Source: Kofleriaceae bacterium (lineage in GTDB: Bacteria; Myxococcota_A; Polyangia; Haliangiales; Haliangiaceae). Taken from it: a stretch of DNA of 36,589 bases. A program made the translations under genes and the position numbers. Of this stretch, positions 9,052 to 17,658 are shown one piece after another (position 1 is the stretch's first letter; every line of letters begins with the position of its first letter). The notes beneath the pieces are model-generated. The model searched no databases. It was not told the origin of the DNA and saw only the letters and a program-made list of their open reading frames with translations. The stretch lies in NCBI GenBank assembly GCA_036794935.1, contig DAIRFU010000003.1, positions 1 through 36,589 of the forward strand. Direction: 5' to 3'.

Positions 9052-10824
9052 ATGCGCCGCCTCCTCGTCCTCGCCCTCCTCGTCGCCTGCAAGCAACCCG
9101 CACCCCAGGAGAAGCCGCGCCAGGCGCCCGTCGTCGTCGCGAAGGACGCGCCGGCCGCCATTCCCGACGCCGGGCCGCCGCCGTTGCCGTATCGCACGGC
9201 CGCGTCGGACTTCGACGTCGATCCGGCGGTCGCGGGCACCGGCGCGACGTACCTCATCACGTCCGAGGACGAGCTCGCGACGAAGGTCGGCCGCGACGTG
9301 CTCGCGTCGGGAGGCAACGCGGTCGATGCCGCGGTCGCGACGGCGTTCACGCTCGCGGTGACGCGGCCGACGGCCGGCAACCTCGGCGGCGGCGGCTTCG
9401 CGGTCGTGCGCACGGCGAAGGGCAAGGCCAGCGCGCTCGACTTCCGCGAGACCGCACCGGCCGCGGCGACGCCCGACATGTACGAGCACGCCGGGCCGCA
9501 CGCGTCGCTCGTCGGCGTCAAGGCCGTCGGCGTGCCGGGCAGCGTCGCCGGGCTGTGGGCGCTGCACCGCAAGTGGGGCACGCAGAAGTGGGCAGCGCTG
9601 CTCGCGCCCGCGATCGGCTACGCGAAGGATGGCTACCCGGTGCCGCCGTACCTCGCGAACGCGATCGCGCGGCGGCAGGCGCGTGCGCCGCTGACCGGCG
9701 CGTTCGGCGAGCGGTTCGCGCCCGGCGGCACGCCGCTCGTGGCCGGCGCCATCCTCAAGAATCCCGAGCTGGCAGCGGTGCTCGAGCGGATCGCCGCGAA
9801 GGGACCGAACGGCTTCTACAAGGGGCCGACCGCCGCGGCGATCGCCGAGGTGATGAAGAAGGAGGGTGGCCTCATCACGAAGCAGGACCTCGCCGGCTAC
9901 AAGCCGATCTGGCGCGAGCCGGTGCGCTTCTCCTATCGCGGCAAGACGTTCATGACGATGCCGCCGCCGTCGTCGGGCGGCGTCGTGCTCGCGATGACCG
10001 CGAACATGCTGCGCGGCCTCGATCTCGCGAAGCTCGGCTGGCACTCCACCGAGCACGTGCACTGGGTCGTCGAGGTGTGGCGGCGCGCGTTCGCGGCGCG
10101 CAACGAGGTGCTCGGTGATCCGAAGTTCGTCAAGGACATGCCGATCGGCAAGCTGGTCTCGCAGGCGGAGGCCGACCGGCTCGTCGCCACGATCACCGAG
10201 CGGGCGACGCCGTCGCGTGAGGTGCCGGCGCTGCTCGGCGGCATGCACACGACGAACCTGTGCGTCGTCGACGCGAAAGGGATGGCCGTCGCGCTGACGA
10301 CCACGCTCAACACCTCGTTCGGCAGCGGAGTGATGGTCGACGGCGTGCTGCTCAACAACGAGATGGACGACTTCGCGACCAAGCCGGGGCAGCCGAACGT
10401 CTACGGCCTCGTGCAGGGCACCGCGAACAAGATCGAGCCGGGCAAGCGCATGCTGTCGTCGATGACGCCGACGATCGCCGAGGACGAGCAGGGCAAGCTG
10501 TTCATGGTCGTCGGTGGCCAGGGCGGACCGCGCATCATCACCGAGGTGTGGCAGGCGATCTCGAACGTCGTCGACTTCAACATGGCGCCGGATGCCGCGA
10601 TCGCGGCGCCGCGCTTTCACCACCAGCACCTGCCCGACGACGTCGCGCTCGAGGACGAGGCGATCACCCGCGAGGTCGCCGAGGCGCTGCGCGCACGGGG
10701 CTACGAGCTGGTGTGGAACAAGCCGGGCCGGATCTCCGGCGCGGCGAACGCGATCGTGCGCACCGCATCGGGCTGGGCGGGTGCCGCCGATCCGCGCGGC
10801 GGCGGTGCGGCGCTGGGCGACTAG
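9052..10824 (+). CDS. ggt: Gamma-glutamyltranspeptidase (lipoprotein signal)
   Basis: 590 aa with an N-terminal lipobox (LLVAC). GGT motifs are present: GNAVDAAVA, GNLGGGGFAVV, PPPSSGG, the autoprocessing/catalytic Thr context GGMHTTNLCVVD, and GGQGGPRII. Confidence 0.92.
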   Translation: MRRLLVLALLVACKQPAPQEKPRQAPVVVAKDAPAAIPDAGPPPLPYRTAASDFDVDPAVAGTGATYLITSEDELATKVGRDVLASGGNAVDAAVATAFTLAVTRPTAGNLGGGGFAVVRTAKGKASALDFRETAPAAATPDMYEHAGPHASLVGVKAVGVPGSVAGLWALHRKWGTQKWAALLAPAIGYAKDGYPVPPYLANAIARRQARAPLTGAFGERFAPGGTPLVAGAILKNPELAAVLERIAAKGPNGFYKGPTAAAIAEVMKKEGGLITKQDLAGYKPIWREPVRFSYRGKTFMTMPPPSSGGVVLAMTANMLRGLDLAKLGWHSTEHVHWVVEVWRRAFAARNEVLGDPKFVKDMPIGKLVSQAEADRLVATITERATPSREVPALLGGMHTTNLCVVDAKGMAVALTTTLNTSFGSGVMVDGVLLNNEMDDFATKPGQPNVYGLVQGTANKIEPGKRMLSSMTPTIAEDEQGKLFMVVGGQGGPRIITEVWQAISNVVDFNMAPDAAIAAPRFHHQHLPDDVALEDEAITREVAEALRARGYELVWNKPGRISGAANAIVRTASGWAGAADPRGGGAALGD

Positions 10825-10875
10825 CAACGGCGCCAACGCCTCCGCAGGAATTGCGAGAAGACGATCAGTGCGGAG

Positions 10876-11271
10876 TCAATCACAGGCCGTTGAACGAGCG
10901 GTAACATGCCCATCCGGACCGACGTCGAAGACCGCTTCCGCGACGCTGCCGGGGCCAAGAGTCGCCTCTATCGTGTACGCACCACTAGGCCGCAATGGAG
11001 CGCATCCGTGCATCGCGTAGCCTTCGACGGGCTCTCCATAGCGCCAACGCTCAGTCAGAGTCGCGGGACCAGTTGCCCACAATGTGCACTCAAAGGTTTC
11101 GGCGTCCGTAATACTGTGAACTTTTACAACGAGAACTGGCAATGGCTGCGCGGGCCTTGAGCAATTAACAAACACCAATTGTGGGGAACCATCACGGTCA
11201 CCAATGCTGACGCCCGGCTTTGGGTCACACGAAATCATCCAAACCGACAGGATAAAAACGATACGAATCAT
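10876..11271 (-). CDS. Small hypothetical lipoprotein in a low-GC patch
   Basis: 131 aa beginning MIRIVFILSVWMISCDPKPG (signal peptide plus Cys). The 5' half of the gene is about 50% GC against about 72% in the flanks. I recognise no family. Confidence 0.55.
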   Translation of the reverse strand: MIRIVFILSVWMISCDPKPGVSIGDRDGSPQLVFVNCSRPAQPLPVLVVKVHSITDAETFECTLWATGPATLTERWRYGEPVEGYAMHGCAPLRPSGAYTIEATLGPGSVAEAVFDVGPDGHVTARSTACD

Positions 11272-11314
11272 GGCCCAGCCACCGTCTTCACCACCTCATC
11301 GGCGAAGCGATCCG

Positions 11315-11461
11315 CTAGTTGGTCGAGTGTGTACGACCTGTCAATGACGTCCTGCTGTCCTCGGAGCCACCGCACGCGGATGCTGCACAGAAGAACACGA
11401 TCACCATGATCGTGGAGAGTGCTCGCCCTCGCGCGAGAGGAGGACGGCGAGGCTCATTCAT
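11315..11461 (-). CDS. Very short ORF encoding a lipoprotein signal peptide plus about 18 residues; possible gene remnant
   Basis: I translated this ORF by hand; at 48 aa it is shorter than any ORF in the track. It reads MNEPRRPPLARGRALSTIMVIVFFCAASACGGSEDSRTSLTGRTHSTN*. The lipobox is AASAC. It lies directly upstream of the 131-aa lipoprotein gene on the same strand. Confidence 0.3.
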   Translation of the reverse strand: MNEPRRPPLARGRALSTIMVIVFFCAASACGGSEDSRTSLTGRTHSTN

Positions 11462-11766
11462 GCACCTGTCCGTACCGCGATCGAGTGGACGCCGGCAAGC
11501 AAAAAGCGACGACGCTCCGGACCACGTGCTGCACTATGTAGCAGTCAGGAGTTGAGCACGTACACGAGGACAGGCGAGGCGATGACCGTCACTTCACTCA
11601 AACTGGCGCGATGCGCACGGGGTTGTCGCGCTCGCGACGATCGCGTCGACGGCGGGCACTGGCGTGTCGCGGGTAAAGACGCGCTCAGGGCGCCGGCGGA
11701 CGCGATAGGGTCAATCGCGCCCGTGATCGCTGCCCTGTGAGTGGGGGCAGCGACTAGCGTCTTTGA

Positions 11767-13488
11767 CTATGCGCCGACCGGCGCGAGCCACTGAACGAGG
11801 CGGTTGTCGGTGCTCACCGACTGCATCGGCAGGCGGAACGCGGGCGCCACCGCGCGCGTGGGGCAGGCGCCGGTCTGGGCCTCCGCGGCCGTGCACAGCC
11901 CCGTGCCGAGCACCGGGCGGTCCGGATAGAACGGCGTCGCCCACAGCTGGATCGTGCCGGTGCCCAGCTCGCCGAACGCGCGGTCGGACTCGAATGTGAC
12001 GTAGAACATGCGCTCGCCGCCGGTGGTCAGGGAGAGCGGCGCGAAACGCGCGTGGACATCGAGGTCAGGCGAGTCGTCGGTGAGCTGGACCGGCGTCGTG
12101 CTGCCATCGGCCTTCGCGATCCAGATCGAGGCCTTGGTCTCGAGCGTGCCCCAGCCGGTCGCGCGCGTGAACGCGATCCATTGACCATCGGGCGACCACG
12201 CCGGGGCGTAGGCCGACACGCCGGGGACGAGCGGCATGATCGCGTGCGCCGCGCCGAACGAGATCGTCGCCGCGGCGAACGGGCGGACCTCGATGGTGCC
12301 GCCGAGCGTCGGCGCGTTGCCCGTCGACAGCACGCTCGCGAGCGAGTGGCCATCGCGCGACAGCTGTGCGTCGAACATCGCGTAGCCGGATGCGGGCTCG
12401 AGCTTGGCGAGCGTCGCGCCGGCGTCCGTGATCACGTGGAGGTTGCCGTCGCGCGACGTGACGAGCGTCGAGCTGGCCGCGGTGAACGTCGCGGAGTCCC
12501 AGGTCTGGCCGGGGTCGGTGACCGTGTGCGACGCGATCTCGTAGATCGCGGCGTGCGTGCCCGAGGCGACCGCGAATCGCGAGCCGTCGCGCGACAGCGC
12601 GCAACCCATGCACGCCGCCGGGACCGGCCCGACGAGCGGCGACATCATCGCGTCCCAGGTCGCGGGCGACACGACGGGCGCCGCGCCGAGCATCGGCTGC
12701 GCGGCATCGTAGCGGGCGATGCCGCCGGCACTCATCACGTACAAGCCGCCGACGAGTGGCTGCTCGGTGACCTGCAGCAACCGCGGCAGGCTCCTGCAGG
12801 CGAGCTTCGGGTTGTCCTCGACGAGGCCGCTGACGCGCAGCTCGATCGACTCGTGCTGGCCGGCGAGGCGCGTCCAGTCCTCGGCGGCGAGCCGCGCGAA
12901 CGCGGACGGCACGCTGCCACGCCGGGTGTAGATCCGGGTCTCGAGGTACGTCGTCGCGAGCGACACCTCGAACAGGTCGTCGCGCGCGTCGGCCCACTGG
13001 ACATCGAGCGCGCCGAGGTTTTGCGGCAGCACGACGCCGTCGGCCGGGTACGAGATCGCGGGCGCACACGAGGTGTCGGCCATCGCGCGCTCAAACGTCA
13101 GGGCGGCGTCTACCGGCGCCGCGACGTAGCGCAGGTCGCGCGCGAACACCGTGAGGTCGGCCTGGGCGCGCAGCGCGCCGTAGGTGGCGGTCACCTGCAT
13201 CGGGCCGAGCACGTCGCCGCCGAGGCTCAGCGTGTCCGCCGACCACGAGCCGGCGCGGCGATCGGCGAGCGCGAACGCGGTCTCGGCGGTGACGTCGCGG
13301 GCGACGCCGTCGCTGTCGATCAGGGTCGCCCGGAACGTCTGCACGACCGGGACGCCGTCGACGACGGTCATCGCGAGCCGCGCGGGCTCGAGCTGGAGCT
13401 GGACCGGCGTCGCGTCCGGTCGGGGCTCGATGCATCCGACCAGCCCACACAGTGCGATGCCGAAGATTTTCGTTGGCCGCATGACCAC
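11767..13488 (-). CDS. Lipoprotein with a TolB-like beta-propeller C-terminal region
   Basis: 573-aa ORF. The likely start is the ATG at 13482 (MRPTKIFGIALCGLVGC, lipobox). Blade-like motifs recur: SRDGSRFAVAS, SRDGNLHVI, SRDGHSLASV and WSPDGQWIAFTRA (PD40/TolB-type). Confidence 0.78.
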   Translation of the reverse strand: MVMRPTKIFGIALCGLVGCIEPRPDATPVQLQLEPARLAMTVVDGVPVVQTFRATLIDSDGVARDVTAETAFALADRRAGSWSADTLSLGGDVLGPMQVTATYGALRAQADLTVFARDLRYVAAPVDAALTFERAMADTSCAPAISYPADGVVLPQNLGALDVQWADARDDLFEVSLATTYLETRIYTRRGSVPSAFARLAAEDWTRLAGQHESIELRVSGLVEDNPKLACRSLPRLLQVTEQPLVGGLYVMSAGGIARYDAAQPMLGAAPVVSPATWDAMMSPLVGPVPAACMGCALSRDGSRFAVASGTHAAIYEIASHTVTDPGQTWDSATFTAASSTLVTSRDGNLHVITDAGATLAKLEPASGYAMFDAQLSRDGHSLASVLSTGNAPTLGGTIEVRPFAAATISFGAAHAIMPLVPGVSAYAPAWSPDGQWIAFTRATGWGTLETKASIWIAKADGSTTPVQLTDDSPDLDVHARFAPLSLTTGGERMFYVTFESDRAFGELGTGTIQLWATPFYPDRPVLGTGLCTAAEAQTGACPTRAVAPAFRLPMQSVSTDNRLVQWLAPVGA

Positions 13489-13517
13489 CGCATCGGCCGG
13501 ATACGAAAGCTTGTTAT

Positions 13518-14456
13518 GTGGCGAAGAGTGGGAGTCCGCGCCGTGGCATGCTGGATACGATGTCGACGAAGGGTGACCCCAGCGGCATGGTCGTGTATCC
13601 GAAGCTGCCCGTCCCGGCGCCGAACCGCGCCAGCGACCCCAAGCTCAAGGCAAGCCGCGACGCCGCGTACAGCAAGCCGAAGATCGCCGCGGCGATCGGA
13701 CTCGTCGCGCTGATCGGCGGCGCGCTCGGCTTCTTGCTCGCGCCCGACAAGGCGGAGGAGGCCGCACAGGCCAAGAAGGTGGCGGCGGCGTCGCAGACGG
13801 CCGCGAAGGTCGAGAAGGACCGCGCCGACGGGATGGCGAAGCAGGTCGAGGTCCTGAAGAAAGATAACGACGAGCTCGAGAAGCAGCTCTCCGTCATGAC
13901 CGCGAAGGCCGGCGAGATGGAGAAGAAGGCGCAGGCCGCGAACGAGACCGCGCAGAAGAAGCTGTCCGCTGCGATCGACACCGCGACGGGCGAGGTGTCG
14001 ACCGAGGGCGAGGAGATCCACCTCAAGCTCGTCGACAAGGTGCTGTTCGCGATCGGCGACGATCAGCTGACCGACAAGGGCAAGACCGTGCTCGACAAGG
14101 TCGCCAAGGCGCTGAAGGACATCCCGGACAAGCAGATCTGGGTCCAGGGCCACACCGACGACACGCCGATCGTCGCGCCCGCGAAGCTGAAGGAGGCGAA
14201 GAAGAAGAAGAAGGGCAAGCCGGCCCCCGAGGAGCCGGCCGTGCGCTTCGCCTCGAACTGGGAGCTGTCGGCGGCGCGCGCGCTGCAGGTCGTCCACTAC
14301 CTCCAGGACCACGGCAAGATCGATCCGACCAAGCTCGCGGCGCTCGCGTTCGGCGAGTACCGGCCGGTCTCGAAGCGCAACAAGGCGGCGAACCGCCGGA
14401 TCGAGATCGTGCTGTATCCGCACCGCGCCGTGATCGAGCGGCGCAAGAAGCGCTGA
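13518..14456 (+). CDS. OmpA/MotB-family peptidoglycan-binding protein with a TM anchor and a coiled-coil
   Basis: 312-aa ORF with a TM helix (IAAAIGLVALIGGALGFLLA) and a Lys/Glu/Ala-rich coiled-coil. The OmpA-like domain reads LFAIGDDQLTDKGKTVLDKVAKAL...VQGHTDDTPI...NWELSAARALQV...NRRIEIVLYP. A Lys-rich insert (KEAKKKKKGKPAPEEP) sits inside this domain. The start is uncertain; several Met codons lie in the first 25 codons. Confidence 0.85.
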   Translation: MAKSGSPRRGMLDTMSTKGDPSGMVVYPKLPVPAPNRASDPKLKASRDAAYSKPKIAAAIGLVALIGGALGFLLAPDKAEEAAQAKKVAAASQTAAKVEKDRADGMAKQVEVLKKDNDELEKQLSVMTAKAGEMEKKAQAANETAQKKLSAAIDTATGEVSTEGEEIHLKLVDKVLFAIGDDQLTDKGKTVLDKVAKALKDIPDKQIWVQGHTDDTPIVAPAKLKEAKKKKKGKPAPEEPAVRFASNWELSAARALQVVHYLQDHGKIDPTKLAALAFGEYRPVSKRNKAANRRIEIVLYPHRAVIERRKKR

Positions 14457-14467
14457 ACGTCAGCGCT
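14449..14467. terminator. Perfect 8-bp inverted repeat with a 3-nt loop that contains the stop codons of both convergent genes; possible bidirectional hairpin
   Basis: The sequence is AGCGCTGA-ACG-TCAGCGCT. The TGA at 14454-14456 ends the + strand gene and TCA at 14460-14462 is the TGA of the - strand gene. There is no U-tract, so terminator function is uncertain. Confidence 0.25.
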
Positions 14468-15245
14468 GGCGCTCGACGAAGCTGACCAGGTCGCTATCGG
14501 CCGCGTGCTCGAGCGCGTCGAGATCGCTGGCGCCATCGACGTGGCCGCGCGCGAACACGAGGAGCGGCATCCGCTCGCCGTCCGCGTCCGACCGCAGCTC
14601 GCGTGCGATGTCCGGAACGCCCTCGCTCTTGAGCTCGAGCAGGATCGCGCGCGGACGCAGTGCCCGGGCCAGGCGCGAGAGCTGGCCGAGCGCGCGCGTC
14701 ATCGATACGACCGTGAAGCCGCGCTCGCTGAGCATGACGTCGAGCTGCTGGAGCCGCTTGCGATCGTGCTCGACGATCAGCACGACCCCGCGATCGACGG
14801 GCTCTTGCAGCGGCTCGCTCGGGCTCGCGATGTACGGCCCGTGCGAGAGCCGGTCGGCATCGCGCGAGCGATACACCGCGAGCGCGACCTTGTTGAGCAC
14901 GTCGTCAGCGTCGAAGGGCTTCTCGACGCCCTCGCTGGCGCCGATCGAGGCGAGATTGATCTCGAGCCCGTGCACCGCGATCATGATCAGGACCGGCCCG
15001 TCCTTGTAGACCGCGTCGTTGCGGAGCGCCTGGAGAAACTGCCGGCCGTTCATGCCGGGCATCATGAGGTCGAGCAAGATCGCGTCGGGCCGCGCCGCGT
15101 GGACCTTGTCGAGCGCGTCCTCGCCGTCGATCGCGACGTCCACGACGTAGCCGTCCTCGGCCAGGATCTGGGCGAGCGTGTCGCGGACCATCGGTTCGTC
15201 GTCGACGACCAACACGCGCCCGCCTTTCGAGGCAGCTCCCGACAT
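14460..15245 (-). CDS. Response regulator with one canonical REC and one degenerate (pseudo-)receiver domain, no output domain
   Basis: 261 aa. REC1 reads VLVVDDEPMVR...ILLDLMMPGMNG...EKPF. The second domain reads VLIVEHDRKR...AILLELKSEG...LLVFA and has Glu at the expected phospho-acceptor position. Confidence 0.85.
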   Translation of the reverse strand: MSGAASKGGRVLVVDDEPMVRDTLAQILAEDGYVVDVAIDGEDALDKVHAARPDAILLDLMMPGMNGRQFLQALRNDAVYKDGPVLIMIAVHGLEINLASIGASEGVEKPFDADDVLNKVALAVYRSRDADRLSHGPYIASPSEPLQEPVDRGVVLIVEHDRKRLQQLDVMLSERGFTVVSMTRALGQLSRLARALRPRAILLELKSEGVPDIARELRSDADGERMPLLVFARGHVDGASDLDALEHAADSDLVSFVERQR

Positions 15246-15297
15246 TCCGAGTTCACGGAGCGTACCACCCGTATTGGCTCCGAGGTACGATTGCGCG

Positions 15298-15768
15298 ATG
15301 TCGACGGCACCTCCGGTGGCCCGTGCCTACGACGCGTTGCGGGCGAGCGTGCTGCAGCGCTTGCTCGACATGCGCGCCACACTCGATCCATCGCTCGCGC
15401 GCGTGGACGAGGCGACCGCGCGCGCTCAGATCGGCGCCGTGCTCGATCACCTCGGCAACTTCATCGCGACCGGTGACCTCGGCATGCACCGCGCGTTCCT
15501 CCACACGTTTCTCGCGATGCGCGCCGCCGAGGCGCAGGGCCCGGCCCAGGTGCTCGCGATGCTGGTCGCGATTGGCGATACCGCGGCGCAGGTCGCGCAG
15601 GAGGAAGGCAGCGGCCCCGAGGGTGCCGAGCTGACGCTGCTGCTCACGCGGGTCACCGCCTCGACCGCGCGAGCGGTCAACGACCTGATCGCCGAGGAGC
15701 TCGAGCGGCGGCTCGCGCAATGGGCCGAGCTGTCGACGAAGGAGCGCGAGGGAGTGCCGCCGTCATGA
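15298..15768 (+). CDS. Hypothetical all-helical protein, first gene of the PP2C operon
   Basis: The start is taken at the ATG at 15298 (MSTAPPVARAYDALRASVLQRLL...), inside track ORF 15178..15768. Its stop overlaps the next start (ATGA at 15765-15768). Confidence 0.6.
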   Translation: MSTAPPVARAYDALRASVLQRLLDMRATLDPSLARVDEATARAQIGAVLDHLGNFIATGDLGMHRAFLHTFLAMRAAEAQGPAQVLAMLVAIGDTAAQVAQEEGSGPEGAELTLLLTRVTASTARAVNDLIAEELERRLAQWAELSTKEREGVPPS

Positions 15769-17654
15769 GCCAGCCGCTGCCGTCCAGCCGCCTGCGCGTC
15801 GCGGGCGACACCCACGTCGGCAAGGTCCGCACGACGAACGAAGACGCGATGATCTGTGACCCGGTGCGTGGGCTCTATGTCGTGCTCGACGGCATGGGCG
15901 GCGCGAACGCGGGAGATGTCGCGTCGCAGACCGCGCGCGACGCGATCCGTGACTTCGTGATCCAGCGCCGGCTCACGATGGAGCCCAAGGCGCTGCTCGA
16001 GGCGGCGATCCAGCACGGCTCGGCCGCGGTGTGGTCGGCGGCGCAGAATTCACCCGACCACCACGGCATGGGCACGACGGTGGTCGCGTGTCTGGTCGTC
16101 GATGCCGCCGGGCGGAGTGAATCCGCCACGCGCCCGCTCGGGCCCCAGCGCGTGATCATCGGTCACGTCGGCGACAGCCGCGCCTACGTGCTGCGCCAGG
16201 GCCGCCTCCAGCCGCTGACGCGCGACCACACGATCGTCGAGGAGCTCGTCGATCGCGGCGTGCTGTCGGCGGACGACGCCGAGCGCCACCCGTACAAGAA
16301 CGTGCTGTCGCGCAACCTCGGCGCGAAGCCCGACACGCGTGTCGACCTCGTCGAGCTCGAGCTCGAGCTCGGCGACCGGTTGCTGCTCTGCTCCGACGGC
16401 CTCTACGGCTACGCGTCGACCGAGGGCATGCAGTACCTGCTCGGCTCCGGTGATCCGCCCGACGCGGTCGCTCGCGATCTGATCGACCTCGCGCTGCGCG
16501 GCGGTGGCGGCGACAACGTCTCCGCGATCGTGATCGAGGCGCCGCAGGCCGCACCGACGTCGACCCAGGTCGTCCGCACCCACGGCGCGGTCGCGTGGTG
16601 GCAGAAGCGCACCCGGTTCTTCCAGCTCGCGAAGGAGCGCGGCATCACGAAGAACCCGATCTGCCGCGGCCTCGATCCCGACGAGGCGCTCGATCTGGTC
16701 GCGATGTCGCTGTGTCAGGCGATCTTTCACGACCTCGAGAAGTCGACCGGCGTCAACGTGTGGACGTTCGCGCAGAACGTCGCCGGCGGCTGGTTCGAGC
16801 GCGGCGGCGAATGGTCGGCGGTGCGCGGGCTGATGGATAGCCTCGCGTTCGCGGCGCGGGTCATCGTCGACGAGATCCGGACCGCGGACGCCAAGCTCGG
16901 CTTCTTGCTCGACGTCGCGGTGTCGCGCGCGCTCGTGGTCGCGGAGCTCGCACTCGGTGGCCTGCTCGCCGAGCGGCTGCGGCAGGTCGACGCCGATCTG
17001 ATCCAGATCCACAACACGATCCACGAGACGCTCGAGGGCGAGCCGACCGACGGCCCCGACACCGACGGGCGGTTCACCGAGCAGGCGACGATCCCGTTTC
17101 TGCGTCCGGATCGCCCGGTCACCCAGCCCGGCATCAGCACCGAGTTGATCGGCGCGATCGAGAAGACGCTGACGATCGCGCGGGCGCGCACCTCGCCCCG
17201 CGCCGAGATGGTCAAGCAGATCCTGTCGGCGCTGGAGTCGATCGCGATCGACGTCACCGGCAACTTCGCGTCGGCCGTGCTCGCCGCGCGCGAGATCTAC
17301 GGCACGCGCGGCCTCGACGACACCGGTGTCATGTCCGTGTTCGACGCGCTCGACGCCACCCGCATCGTGACCGCGTCGAGCGTGCACCAGACCTCGCTGC
17401 CCGACGCGATGCGCGCGAAGGTGCTGCGCGCGATCAGCTCGGCGCACCAGCGCCTCGTCGGTGCGATGACCGGCCTCGTGCTCGAGGCCGTCGCCCCGTA
17501 CTCGCGCAAGCTCGAGGAGGCGCAGCAGGTGACGGCCGAGCTGCGCGACAAGGTCGCGCGGGCCGAGCGCAACCGGGCCGAGCTCGAGAGCAAGCTCGCC
17601 GCGACCATCGATCAGAGCCTGCCGTGGGAGAAGCGCGGCGTGACGGAGTGGTGA
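15765..17654 (+). CDS. PP2C-family Ser/Thr protein phosphatase with a C-terminal extension of about 380 aa of unknown function
   Basis: The start is taken at the ATG at 15765 (MSQPLPSSRLRVAGDTHVGKVRTTNEDA). PP2C motifs are present: VLDGMGGANAGDVAS, GMGTTVV, GHVGDSRAYVL, LTRDHT, LLLCSDGL and GGGDNVSAIVIE. The remainder is helical and ends in a coiled-coil (AELRDKVARAERNRAELESKL). Confidence 0.9.
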   Translation: MSQPLPSSRLRVAGDTHVGKVRTTNEDAMICDPVRGLYVVLDGMGGANAGDVASQTARDAIRDFVIQRRLTMEPKALLEAAIQHGSAAVWSAAQNSPDHHGMGTTVVACLVVDAAGRSESATRPLGPQRVIIGHVGDSRAYVLRQGRLQPLTRDHTIVEELVDRGVLSADDAERHPYKNVLSRNLGAKPDTRVDLVELELELGDRLLLCSDGLYGYASTEGMQYLLGSGDPPDAVARDLIDLALRGGGGDNVSAIVIEAPQAAPTSTQVVRTHGAVAWWQKRTRFFQLAKERGITKNPICRGLDPDEALDLVAMSLCQAIFHDLEKSTGVNVWTFAQNVAGGWFERGGEWSAVRGLMDSLAFAARVIVDEIRTADAKLGFLLDVAVSRALVVAELALGGLLAERLRQVDADLIQIHNTIHETLEGEPTDGPDTDGRFTEQATIPFLRPDRPVTQPGISTELIGAIEKTLTIARARTSPRAEMVKQILSALESIAIDVTGNFASAVLAAREIYGTRGLDDTGVMSVFDALDATRIVTASSVHQTSLPDAMRAKVLRAISSAHQRLVGAMTGLVLEAVAPYSRKLEEAQQVTAELRDKVARAERNRAELESKLAATIDQSLPWEKRGVTEW

Positions 17655-17658
17655 GCCG

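Noticed and set aside
8895-9581. N-terminal extension of track ORF 7275..9581, which would give a 768-aa VWA protein
   Set aside because: The extension overlaps the 5' part of ggt on the other strand and is low-complexity. An internal Met at 8894 gives a clean lipoprotein signal peptide (MTRWLGIVFLTASAC).
7203-10118. 971-aa + strand ORF overlapping the VWA gene and ggt
   Set aside because: It has wrong-frame or antisense composition (poly-Arg/Gly/Ala, for example ...RRRREGRAGRHSRRRAAAVAV...). It conflicts with two genes that have clear family motifs (DHSGSM MIDAS and the GGT catalytic Thr).
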